Position numbers and translations under genes: made by a program | Source of the DNA: Erysipelotrichaceae bacterium | GTDB lineage: Bacteria > Bacillota_I > Bacilli_A > ML615J-28 > CAG-313 | DNA: 64,000 bases | Reading direction: 5' to 3' | NCBI GenBank assembly: GCA_015059015.1 | Contig: SVBG01000008.1 | Coordinates: forward strand, 21,022-85,021 | Notes under the pieces: model-generated | What the model saw: the letters and a program-made list of their open reading frames with translations, nothing else | Databases searched by the model: none | What the model was told of the DNA's origin: nothing | Shown: in pieces, positions 41,056 through 49,766 of the stretch | Layout: each line of letters opens with the position of its first letter | How positions within the stretch are numbered: the first letter of the stretch is position 1

Positions 41056-42137
41056 ATTAATGTATTTAAATTGTACTATTATATTAGTACCCTAACTATT
41101 TTACTTTTAACACGAATATTAAGTTTTTACTTTTAGATAATTATCAAAGGAGGAAAGTTGTTAAATTGAAAAAAATTTTAATAATTTTAATGGTTTCTTG
41201 TTCATTATTAATGTTAGAAGGTTGTTTATTATATGGAGAACGAGGGGAAATTACAGTTGGAGATTTAGTGTATAAACATATAAAAACAAATTCTGATGAA
41301 TATTATTGTGTTGTTGGTTTAAGTGAAGAAGGAAAACAAAAAAGTGTTATTACTATTCCGAATATTGTTAATGAATTAAAAGTTAAAAAAATTGGTTTTC
41401 TTCGTTCTAAAACTCCTGTAGGATGCATTTCTAGCAATAATTTAGAAATAATTTATATAGAGAAATATTTAGAATTTGCACACACATATTTTTTTAAAGA
41501 TTGCCCTAAACTTAAAAAAATTATATGTTTAGAATTTGAAGATAAAGTAAATGAATGTTATGATTATAATCCTCAGTATATAATAAATAATCATAACAAA
41601 AATAATGAAGAGAGAAAACGATTGCCAGTATATGTTTTTCCATCAAAAGATTATATAGAGGATGAACAAAATATTCTTTATAGCTATGCAAATATTATAT
41701 ATTATATTGATATAGAAACTGTTTACTATATTGATTTTACTGATAATGGTAAAATTGAAAACTTTCCTAAAAATCCAATTCGAGAAGGTTATAAATTTAT
41801 AGGATGGTATAAAGAAATCGAGTGTGTTAATAAATGGAATAATGAAATCGATAATTTAAATGAAATTACTTATTCTAATGATAAGAAAACTTTAAAATTT
41901 TATATAAATAAATTGTATGCAAAATGGGAAAATATTTAAGAGTTAAAAAGAAAATCTAATCTTTGGTTTTATGAGTTATAACCCTAAACAATTAGAATTT
42001 GTTGTAGGATCTTGTGCATTAGAAGATGTTGCATATACAGTTCATGCAATAGTACCTACTGTTGCAACACTTGATGATGCTATTAACAAACCTAAAGAAA
42101 GTTTAACTAAATTAATAAAAAAAGATTTTAATTAAAT
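40889..42137 (+). repeat. 169-bp direct repeat pair (40889-41057 and 41969-42137)
   Basis: Offset 1080 bp, 5 mismatches; duplicates the 3' end of the fusion gene. Confidence 0.97.
41166..41939 (+). CDS. Lipoprotein with a C-terminal InlB B-type repeat
   Basis: Lipobox LEGC; PIREGYKFIGWY...LYAKW. Confidence 0.75.
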   Translation: MKKILIILMVSCSLLMLEGCLLYGERGEITVGDLVYKHIKTNSDEYYCVVGLSEEGKQKSVITIPNIVNELKVKKIGFLRSKTPVGCISSNNLEIIYIEKYLEFAHTYFFKDCPKLKKIICLEFEDKVNECYDYNPQYIINNHNKNNEERKRLPVYVFPSKDYIEDEQNILYSYANIIYYIDIETVYYIDFTDNGKIENFPKNPIREGYKFIGWYKEIECVNKWNNEIDNLNEITYSNDKKTLKFYINKLYAKWENI

Positions 42138-42161
42138 ATTATAATATGTTTTCTAAAACAT

Positions 42162-42201
42162 AAAAAGAACAGTTCATAGGAATATGAGCTGTTCTTTAAA
42201 A
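42162..42201. terminator. Bidirectional terminator
   Basis: aaaaagaacagttcata-ggaa-tatgagctgttcttt. Confidence 0.8.
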
Positions 42202-42264
42202 ATTAGCATTTTATTTTAAAAGTTTAGATATGTAAACTTTTATGACATTTAATATTTTAACTGA

Positions 42265-42293
42265 ATTTTAGCATAAATTTAAGATATTTTCAA
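42265..42293 (-). promoter_or_regulatory. Minus-strand SigA-type promoter between inverted repeats
   Basis: TTGAAA-17 bp-TAAAAT with TG extension; flanked by 19-bp IRs at 42232-42250 and 42322-42340. Confidence 0.6.
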
Positions 42294-42401
42294 CATTTTA
42301 ATCTTAAAAGTGGTATTTATAAAAAGTCATAAAGGTTTACTTTTATAACCTTTTTTATTTAAAAATTTTTTTTAAAAGAAGCAGAAAGTGAGGTTGTTTA
42401 T

Positions 42402-43961
42402 ATGAAAAAAATAATTAAATATAATCTAATATTATTATTATTAATGTTTATTTTAGGCTTAGTTTCATGTGATAAAGAGTATACGATAACTTGTTTAAAT
42501 GAAGATGGAAGTGTTTATACAACAGTTGTTGTACAACATAAACAAGGGTTCACTAAGCCTGTTGATCCTATTAAAGAAGGGTATACGTTTATAGGATGGT
42601 TTAATGGTGAGGAAAAATGGAACTATGTTAATTATGAAGTTTGTGCAGATATGACAGTCGTTGCTAAATTTGAAATTAATAAATATACTATTACTTTTGA
42701 AACTGGTGGAGGTAGTATTGTTTCATCTATTACAAAAGAATATAATAGTTTGATTGATAGTCCATCTAATCCTGTTCGTGAAGGGTATGAATTTGTTGGT
42801 TGGGATAAAGAAATTCCTTCAACTATGCCTGCACAAGATTTAACAATTACTGCAATATGGAAAAAAGATAACATTAAAATAGTTGCAATAAGTCCTTTAA
42901 GTAGTTATCTTAGTATGTATGGTCAAGCTGTTAAAAATGGTATAGAACTTGCTGTTGAAGAAATTAATGCAAATGGTGGAGTCAATATTAATGGTGAAAT
43001 GGTTAAATTAGAAATCAGTCAATATATTGATGATAAAGGTGATTTAGTTACTGCTTCAAATATGTTAGCAAATATGATTTCACAAAATGAAACTATTGAT
43101 TTTGTTATTGGTCCAGTGACAAGTAGTACTACTGAATTATTTATTACTAATACTTCTAAGTATGGTATTCCTACTATTACTCCTACTGGAACTGCTGATA
43201 AACTTACAGTTGGTGATAATTGTGATGAAATAGACGTCCGATACAATCTATTCCGTGCTTGTTTTAATGACTCATATCAAGGTGAATATATGGCTAAATA
43301 TGCTTCAAAAGCAGGTAATAAGAAAGCTTATGTGCTATATAATAATGATGATGATTACTCTAAAGGTTTAAAAGATGCATTTGTTGAAACTGCACAATCT
43401 CTTAATATAGAAGTTGTTACAGGTGCTTATGATAATAATGATCGTGATTTTAATGCTTTTTGGGCTCCAATTATTGAAGGTGGTTATGACTGTGTTTATG
43501 TTCCTGATTATTATGAGAATGCTTATAATATTTTAAAGACTGGTTATGCAAAAGGTTATACTAGTGTATGTTATGGTGGTGATGGTTGGGATGGACTTAT
43601 CACACAAATTGGACCAAATGATGATAGTTCATTCTTAGAAAATTGTTTTTATACAAGTCACTATTTTTCAGGATCTCAAAATTCTACAGTCAAAGCGTTT
43701 GTAGAAAAATATAAAGCTAAATATGGTGACAATCCTGCAACATTTGCAACACTTGGTTATGATGCTGTTTATATTGCAAAACAAGCTATTGAATCTGCAG
43801 GTTCTGTAGAATATGATAAAGTGATAGAATCTTTAAATACTTGTACATTTTCTGGATTAGTTACTTCAAGTAGTCCATTTACTTATAGTAATGGTAATCC
43901 ACAAAAAGAAGCTTTTATCGTTACCTTTAAAGATGGTAAAGAAGTAGAAGCTGTTAATTAA
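42402..43961 (+). CDS. Lipoprotein: two InlB B-type repeats + LivJ-like ABC substrate-binding domain
   Basis: Lipobox LVSC; GIELAVEEINANGG, IGPVTS, FRACFNDSYQG, GGDGWD, FATLGYDAV. Confidence 0.88.
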   Translation: MKKIIKYNLILLLLMFILGLVSCDKEYTITCLNEDGSVYTTVVVQHKQGFTKPVDPIKEGYTFIGWFNGEEKWNYVNYEVCADMTVVAKFEINKYTITFETGGGSIVSSITKEYNSLIDSPSNPVREGYEFVGWDKEIPSTMPAQDLTITAIWKKDNIKIVAISPLSSYLSMYGQAVKNGIELAVEEINANGGVNINGEMVKLEISQYIDDKGDLVTASNMLANMISQNETIDFVIGPVTSSTTELFITNTSKYGIPTITPTGTADKLTVGDNCDEIDVRYNLFRACFNDSYQGEYMAKYASKAGNKKAYVLYNNDDDYSKGLKDAFVETAQSLNIEVVTGAYDNNDRDFNAFWAPIIEGGYDCVYVPDYYENAYNILKTGYAKGYTSVCYGGDGWDGLITQIGPNDDSSFLENCFYTSHYFSGSQNSTVKAFVEKYKAKYGDNPATFATLGYDAVYIAKQAIESAGSVEYDKVIESLNTCTFSGLVTSSSPFTYSNGNPQKEAFIVTFKDGKEVEAVN

Positions 43962-43973
43962 ATTAATAATAAA

Positions 43974-44009
43974 TACCTTAACTGTTAAAAAGTTAAGGCA
44001 TTTTATTTT
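43974..44009 (+). terminator. Intrinsic terminator
   Basis: ccttaact...agttaagg followed by a T-rich tail. Confidence 0.6.
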
Positions 44010-44103
44010 CTTTAAAAAAATTAAGATAAATGATTGATTTTTTTTAAGATTTGTGGTAAGATAAATAAGAGTAAAAAAATATAGAAGAAGGGAGAATCGA
44101 AAA

Positions 44104-46023
44104 ATGAAAAATAAAAATAATCGTAAAAAAGAATATTATATTCACCAAATTGTGAGGGATAACCAAACCGAACAAATTGAGTCTAATGGTAAACCAACAG
44201 TTGTAACTAATGTTAAGAATGTTCCTTCATATGCAGAAAATGTTGGATATCATTTAGACCCAAAAAGATATGATTCTCTTAGAACACATAAACCTAAAAA
44301 GGAAATTATAGAGGAAGTAATTGAAGAGGTAGTTGAACCAGTAGTTGTTAATAATCCAGAAGATGATTATTATTCTGCAATGGCTGATGAATATATTGAA
44401 TATGGTGATGATGAAACTATTATTAATGATGTAATTGGTGAAGATGAAATTGAAGAACCAGTTATTGAAGAAGTTGTTGTTGAAACAAAAGAACCTGTTG
44501 CACCTAAAGAAGTTGTTAAGCCTAGTACCCCTAGTCAACCTGTTCAAAAATCAAAAGTAGTTAGAAAGAAGAAATATATTGCTCCTAGTTTAGACTTATT
44601 AAATCGTGGTACTGAAACTTCTGATAAAGATGTAAAATTAGCAGAAGAACAAAAAGCTAAGATTAATGAAATTTTAGAAAAATATGGTATTAAAGCACAT
44701 GTTGCTAAATACATTTTTGGTCCTACTGTTATCATGTATTTAATTGAACTTGAAAGTCTTAGTGAAGATGTAAAATCAATTCGTAAAATTGAAGATAATC
44801 TTGCGATGTATCTTGCATGTAGTAATATTCGTATTTTAACACCAATTCCAAATATGAAATATGCTGGTATTGAAATACCAAAACCAAAGGATAGTCGTTC
44901 TATTGTGTATTTAAGAGATTTAATTTCAACAAAAGAATTTATTAATAGTAAATATGCATTACCTGTTGCGGTTGGTATGAATAGTTTTGGTGAAAAGATT
45001 TATGCAGATATTGGTGATATGCCACACGGACTATGTGCTGGGGAAACAAAATCTGGTAAGAGTGTATGTTTAAATACAATTATTCTTAGTTTAATTTATC
45101 ATTATTCAGCTGATGATGTTAGAATTATGTTATTAGACCCTAAGACAGTGGAATTTAGTAAATATTCTGATATTCCACATCTTGCGATGCCTGTAATTAT
45201 TGAAAAAGAATATTTTGAACCTGCTGTTATTTGGTTAACAGATGAAATGGAAAGGCGTTATAAGAAACTTAATAAATATGGTGCAGTTGAACTTGCTGAA
45301 TTAAATGAAGAATTAGTTTCTCAAGGGTTACCTAAAGAACCATATATTGTTATGATTATGGATGAGTTTAATGACTGGTTTATGGATGCATCTAGTATAG
45401 TTGATGATTGCATTACTAAACTGATGCAAAAAGCTCGTGCTGCTGGTATTCATATTATTCTTGCTACACAACGACCTAGTGCAGATGTTATTAAAGGTGC
45501 TATTAAAGCAAATATTCCTACTCGTCTTGCCTTTAAAGTATCAAGTTTTGCTGACTCAAGTGTAATTTTGGGCCAATCTGCTGCTGAAAAACTTGAAGGT
45601 AAAGGGGATATGATCTTAAGATATCCTGGAAAAGGTGATATTAGATTACAAGGTGCACTTGTTACAAATAAAGAAATTAAGAATGTTGTTGAATATTTAA
45701 GAGAAAATTATGAAGTAGATTATATTGTAACGCTTGAGGAGTTACAACAATCAAGTGCGTCTCGTGGTCCTGGTAATGGAAGTTCTGATCCTAGTTTAGG
45801 AAGAAATGATGAATTATTTGTTGAAGTATGCTACTTTGTTGTTAGAAATCAAAATGCTTCAGTTAATCAACTTCAAAAAATATTCTCAACAAGTTTTAAT
45901 CGTATGGATAATATGTTTAGAGATATGCAAGCTCTTGGTATTGTATCAGGTACACAACAAGGAACTAAACGTAAAGTTTTAGTTACTGAACTAGAACTTG
46001 AAGAAATTTTAAATAATTTATAA
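44104..46023 (+). CDS. ftsK: FtsK/SpoIIIE-family DNA translocase without N-terminal membrane domain
   Basis: MPH..AG.T.SGKS, DPK.VE, ARAAGIH..LATQRPS, AEKL.GKGDM, gamma-like C-terminus. Confidence 0.88.
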   Translation: MKNKNNRKKEYYIHQIVRDNQTEQIESNGKPTVVTNVKNVPSYAENVGYHLDPKRYDSLRTHKPKKEIIEEVIEEVVEPVVVNNPEDDYYSAMADEYIEYGDDETIINDVIGEDEIEEPVIEEVVVETKEPVAPKEVVKPSTPSQPVQKSKVVRKKKYIAPSLDLLNRGTETSDKDVKLAEEQKAKINEILEKYGIKAHVAKYIFGPTVIMYLIELESLSEDVKSIRKIEDNLAMYLACSNIRILTPIPNMKYAGIEIPKPKDSRSIVYLRDLISTKEFINSKYALPVAVGMNSFGEKIYADIGDMPHGLCAGETKSGKSVCLNTIILSLIYHYSADDVRIMLLDPKTVEFSKYSDIPHLAMPVIIEKEYFEPAVIWLTDEMERRYKKLNKYGAVELAELNEELVSQGLPKEPYIVMIMDEFNDWFMDASSIVDDCITKLMQKARAAGIHIILATQRPSADVIKGAIKANIPTRLAFKVSSFADSSVILGQSAAEKLEGKGDMILRYPGKGDIRLQGALVTNKEIKNVVEYLRENYEVDYIVTLEELQQSSASRGPGNGSSDPSLGRNDELFVEVCYFVVRNQNASVNQLQKIFSTSFNRMDNMFRDMQALGIVSGTQQGTKRKVLVTELELEEILNNL

Positions 46024-46042
46024 TAGATATAAAGGAGTTATT

Positions 46043-46933
46043 ATGAGTAATAAGAGCTATTTAGAAAGATATAATGAAGAACATAGTAGTGTTATTGCTA
46101 GTTTAAATGTTAATAAACGTATTTGTGTTAGGCTATTAGGTTTTTTAATTAGTTCAATTGTATATTTTATTATTTTTCAAATTAGTAAATATACGGGATT
46201 ACATGATATTCAAACTCAGTTTTTAAATACTTTTGTTAATTACATAATGACTTGTGCTTATGTATTGTCGTTTTTCTTTTTAGTGTTTTATATTCTATAT
46301 ATTAGTGTTAAAAGTTTTAAAGAAGCTTTTGATAAAGTTAGATATAAAATAAAAAGAACTTTATTTATTATTTTGGATTGGCTAGTAATTTTACCTATTT
46401 GTGCTACTGTTGCAAGTTTTTGTTTTGCGTTTTTGTTTACATTTGCACAAGTAGAGGGTGATAGTATGTATCCAACTATTTATAATGAATCTACTGTTTT
46501 TGTTTCTTATTTAGAACCGGTTGAACAATTTGATATAGTTGTTGCGTATATTACTCCTGAAGATAACGTGGTAAGTAGTACTGATTATTATATTAAAAGA
46601 GTAATTGGGATGCCTGGTGATAGTGTTACTTGGTTGAAAGGTGTGCTTACAATTAATGGCAAAGTTGTTGATGAAACTTATTTTGATGATGTTACGAAAT
46701 TAAAGTTTAAACAAGACTGGAAACCTTTATACGAATTTGGTGGTATGTTTACATATAAAGAAGATGGAATTAAAAAAACGACATATGTTATACCTGATGG
46801 CTATTATTTTGTAATGGGTGATAATAGAATAAATAGTAATGATTCACGTCATATAGGATTGATTCCTGCAAATAATATTGAAGGGGTTGTGAAATTTGAA
46901 ATTACTTCATCTGGAATAGAGAGGGCAGATTAA
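46043..46933 (+). CDS. lepB: Signal peptidase I
   Basis: GDSMYPT, IKRVIGMPGD, GDNR.NS.DSR. Confidence 0.92.
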   Translation: MSNKSYLERYNEEHSSVIASLNVNKRICVRLLGFLISSIVYFIIFQISKYTGLHDIQTQFLNTFVNYIMTCAYVLSFFFLVFYILYISVKSFKEAFDKVRYKIKRTLFIILDWLVILPICATVASFCFAFLFTFAQVEGDSMYPTIYNESTVFVSYLEPVEQFDIVVAYITPEDNVVSSTDYYIKRVIGMPGDSVTWLKGVLTINGKVVDETYFDDVTKLKFKQDWKPLYEFGGMFTYKEDGIKKTTYVIPDGYYFVMGDNRINSNDSRHIGLIPANNIEGVVKFEITSSGIERAD

Positions 46934-47769
46934 TGGTTCAGTGGTATCCCGGTCATATGGCTAAAGCTTTAAGAGAAATGGAAGAAAAGGTAAAACTTGT
47001 AGATTTAGTAATGGTTTTACTTGATGCAAGAATTCCTTATTCATCGCTTAATCCTAAACTTAAAGCTATGTTTAATAATAAAAAGATATTGTATATTTTT
47101 ACTAAAGTAGATAAAGCTGATAAATTATTAACTGATAAATGGATTAATTATTATTCTGTTAACGGTAATAAAGCAATTGCAGTTGACGCAAGAGATAAAA
47201 AGACAGTTAAAATTGTAGAACGTGAAGCACTAGAATTATTAAAAGAAAAACGTGCTAAAGATGCTGCTAAGGGTTTAAAACCTCGTCCAATTAGAACGAT
47301 GATTGTAGGTATTCCAAATGTTGGTAAAAGTACTTTAATTAATACTTTATGTGGTAAAAAAGTAGCTGTTGTTGGAGATAAACCTGGTGTTACAAAAAGT
47401 CAACAATGGACAAGAATTAATCAAACATTAGAACTACTTGATACTCCTGGTGTTTTATGGCCTAAGTTTGATGATGAAAAAGTTGGTTTTAATCTTGCCA
47501 TTACAGGCGCAATTAAGGCTGATATTCTTCGTAATGATGATATTTGCATATATTTTCTGGGGCTTCTAAAAACTTATTATCCTTATGCTATCAAAAATAG
47601 ATATAATGTAGAAATTATGGAAGATCTAAATGAAACGTTATTAAAAATTGGTGAATCACTGCATTTCTATTTAGGAAATAAAGATGTTGATATTGATAAA
47701 ACTGCTTTATATGTTTTACAAGAATATAGAAGTGATTACTTAGGAAAGATGACTCTAGATAGGATATAA
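46933..47769 (+). CDS. rbgA: Ribosome biogenesis GTPase RbgA/YlqF
   Basis: QWYPGHM, DARIP.SS, GIPNVGKS, DTPG. Confidence 0.95.
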   Translation: MVQWYPGHMAKALREMEEKVKLVDLVMVLLDARIPYSSLNPKLKAMFNNKKILYIFTKVDKADKLLTDKWINYYSVNGNKAIAVDARDKKTVKIVEREALELLKEKRAKDAAKGLKPRPIRTMIVGIPNVGKSTLINTLCGKKVAVVGDKPGVTKSQQWTRINQTLELLDTPGVLWPKFDDEKVGFNLAITGAIKADILRNDDICIYFLGLLKTYYPYAIKNRYNVEIMEDLNETLLKIGESLHFYLGNKDVDIDKTALYVLQEYRSDYLGKMTLDRI

Positions 47770-47770
47770 T

Positions 47771-48415
47771 ATGAAACATTATGATAATCATGAAATAGAA
47801 AACAGACTGTATGTTGAAGGATATAGTTTAATTGCAGGAACTGATGAAGTAGGTCGTGGTCCACTTGCGGGACCAGTTGTTGCAGCATGTGTAATTATGC
47901 CTAAAGATTGTTATATTGAAGGAGTAACTGATTCCAAAAAGATTAGTGAAAAAAATCGTAAAATATTAGAAGGTGTTATTAAAGAAAAAGCAATTAGTTA
48001 TCAAGTAGTGTTTATTGAACCTAAAAAAATTGATGAAATAAATATTTATGAAGCAAGTCGTCTTGCGATGACTACTGCAATTAATACTTTAGATGTTAAA
48101 CCTGATTATGTTTTAGCTGATGCAATGCCACTTTTTATTGATATAAAATTGGAAAGTATTATTAAAGGTGATGAAAAATCATTCACAATTGGATGTGCTA
48201 GTATTCTTGCAAAAGTTGCTAGAGATGAATACATGATAGAACTTGATAAGTTATATCCTGAATATGGTTTCGCAAAACATAAAGGTTATCCTACTAAACA
48301 ACATTTAGAAGCAATTAAACAATATGGTATACTAAATTTACATCATCGTAAGAGTTATGGTCCAGTTCAAGAAGAAGCTTTAAAAGGAAATTTTTATAAA
48401 AAAGAAATAAAATAA
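47771..48415 (+). CDS. rnhB: Ribonuclease HII
   Basis: DEVGRGPLAGPV, DSKK, KGD, AKVARD, HKGYPT. Confidence 0.96.
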   Translation: MKHYDNHEIENRLYVEGYSLIAGTDEVGRGPLAGPVVAACVIMPKDCYIEGVTDSKKISEKNRKILEGVIKEKAISYQVVFIEPKKIDEINIYEASRLAMTTAINTLDVKPDYVLADAMPLFIDIKLESIIKGDEKSFTIGCASILAKVARDEYMIELDKLYPEYGFAKHKGYPTKQHLEAIKQYGILNLHHRKSYGPVQEEALKGNFYKKEIK

Positions 48416-48439
48416 GCACTTAAAGAAGTGCTTATTTTT
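48411..48439. terminator. Bidirectional terminator overlapping both stop codons
   Basis: aataagcactt-aaag-aagtgcttatt. Confidence 0.75.
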
Positions 48440-49508
48440 GGTATTTAGATAATAAATCTAAAATTTCTTTAAAAGTATTTGTTTCTTTAATAAAATCATA
48501 TTCTGATTTTTTTAGTTCAGATGAAATAATATTAAATAATAGGTAGTTATTAATAGGCCAAGTATTAGGATCATCTTTAAGGCGATTAACTAAAAAACTT
48601 GTATTTAAAATTAACTTATTTTCTTTTTTTAGATTACTACAAATTGTTGCGTGATTTATTGCTTGGTTAATATAGTAAATGGTAAGCGTGTTATCTTTAA
48701 TTCGTGCTTTATCTAATGCACAAATTAAGTAGATATTCATTAGATTATAATGGTATAAGCCAAAGTCGTTATCGTCATAGATTAATTCTAGTAGATTTTT
48801 ATATTTTAAAAGAATCTCATCCCAGTGGCCTGTTTCTTTATAAGTAACTGATTGATAGATAAGATGTTCAAACATTGAAATAATGTTATATATGTTTTCT
48901 TGTTGTGCAATTATTTTAGGTTCTCCTGTTAAGGTGTGTTCTTTAAGTAAATCTTTAGAAAAACTAATATCTGGTAGTTTATTTAAAATGCTTTTTCCTT
49001 TTTCATATTCTTTCATTGATTCATATACTAAAATTAAACTTTGCATTGCGGAATATCGATAATCATCTATAAAACATTTTTCAATGATATTATTTGCTAG
49101 ATAAATAATTTTGTTTTGATAGTAGTTTTTTTCTTTAGTATCAAATAATTTTATATAGTATATGTGTAATAATTCATTTTTTAGTTTAAATGCATATGGA
49201 TATTGTTTAATTGTTTCTTCTAGAAGTGTTTCACATTCATCTAATTTATTATTTATACTTAAATTGTAGTATTCATCATATATTTTATTAATAGTTTCTT
49301 CATTTTTTAGAATATTTACATCTAATAAGTAGTCAACTGTTACATCAAAAATGTTAGCTAAAATGGGAAGAGTAGATATATCAGGTGAGGTGATATTGTT
49401 TTCCCATCTTGAAATTGCTTGATAAGATACACCAAGTATTTCTGCTAGGTTTTCTTGTGTTAAATTATTTTGTTTTCTAAGTGTTTTTATTTTGTTTCCT
49501 AGATTCAT
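48432..49508 (-). CDS. XRE-family regulator with helical (TPR-like) C-terminal region
   Basis: LRKQNNLTQENLAE.LGVSYQAISRWE...PD; AAGGAGG RBS. Confidence 0.85.
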   Translation of the reverse strand: MNLGNKIKTLRKQNNLTQENLAEILGVSYQAISRWENNITSPDISTLPILANIFDVTVDYLLDVNILKNEETINKIYDEYYNLSINNKLDECETLLEETIKQYPYAFKLKNELLHIYYIKLFDTKEKNYYQNKIIYLANNIIEKCFIDDYRYSAMQSLILVYESMKEYEKGKSILNKLPDISFSKDLLKEHTLTGEPKIIAQQENIYNIISMFEHLIYQSVTYKETGHWDEILLKYKNLLELIYDDNDFGLYHYNLMNIYLICALDKARIKDNTLTIYYINQAINHATICSNLKKENKLILNTSFLVNRLKDDPNTWPINNYLLFNIISSELKKSEYDFIKETNTFKEILDLLSKYQK

Positions 49509-49766
49509 ATATTCCTCCTTGTTATTTTTACAACAACAATATACTATAATTATTTATATTTTACCACAAACTATTTGATTAGTTCAACTAAACAAAACTG
49601 AGAAAAATAGTTATTATGTTGTTCTCATAAATAAAATTTTAGGAAAAAGTTGAATAAATAAAGTATTTCTCTTCCTTATTATATATAAAAAATTATTTAT
49701 TTTATTTGACAAGTAAAAAAAATATTTGTATAATCTTTAAGCGAGATTAAGATAGGAAGGTATATT

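Noticed and set aside
42218-42241. Chromosomal dif site (contains TATGTAAACT)
   Set aside because: Only one arm resembles the Bacillus dif, and gene orientation bias does not switch here.
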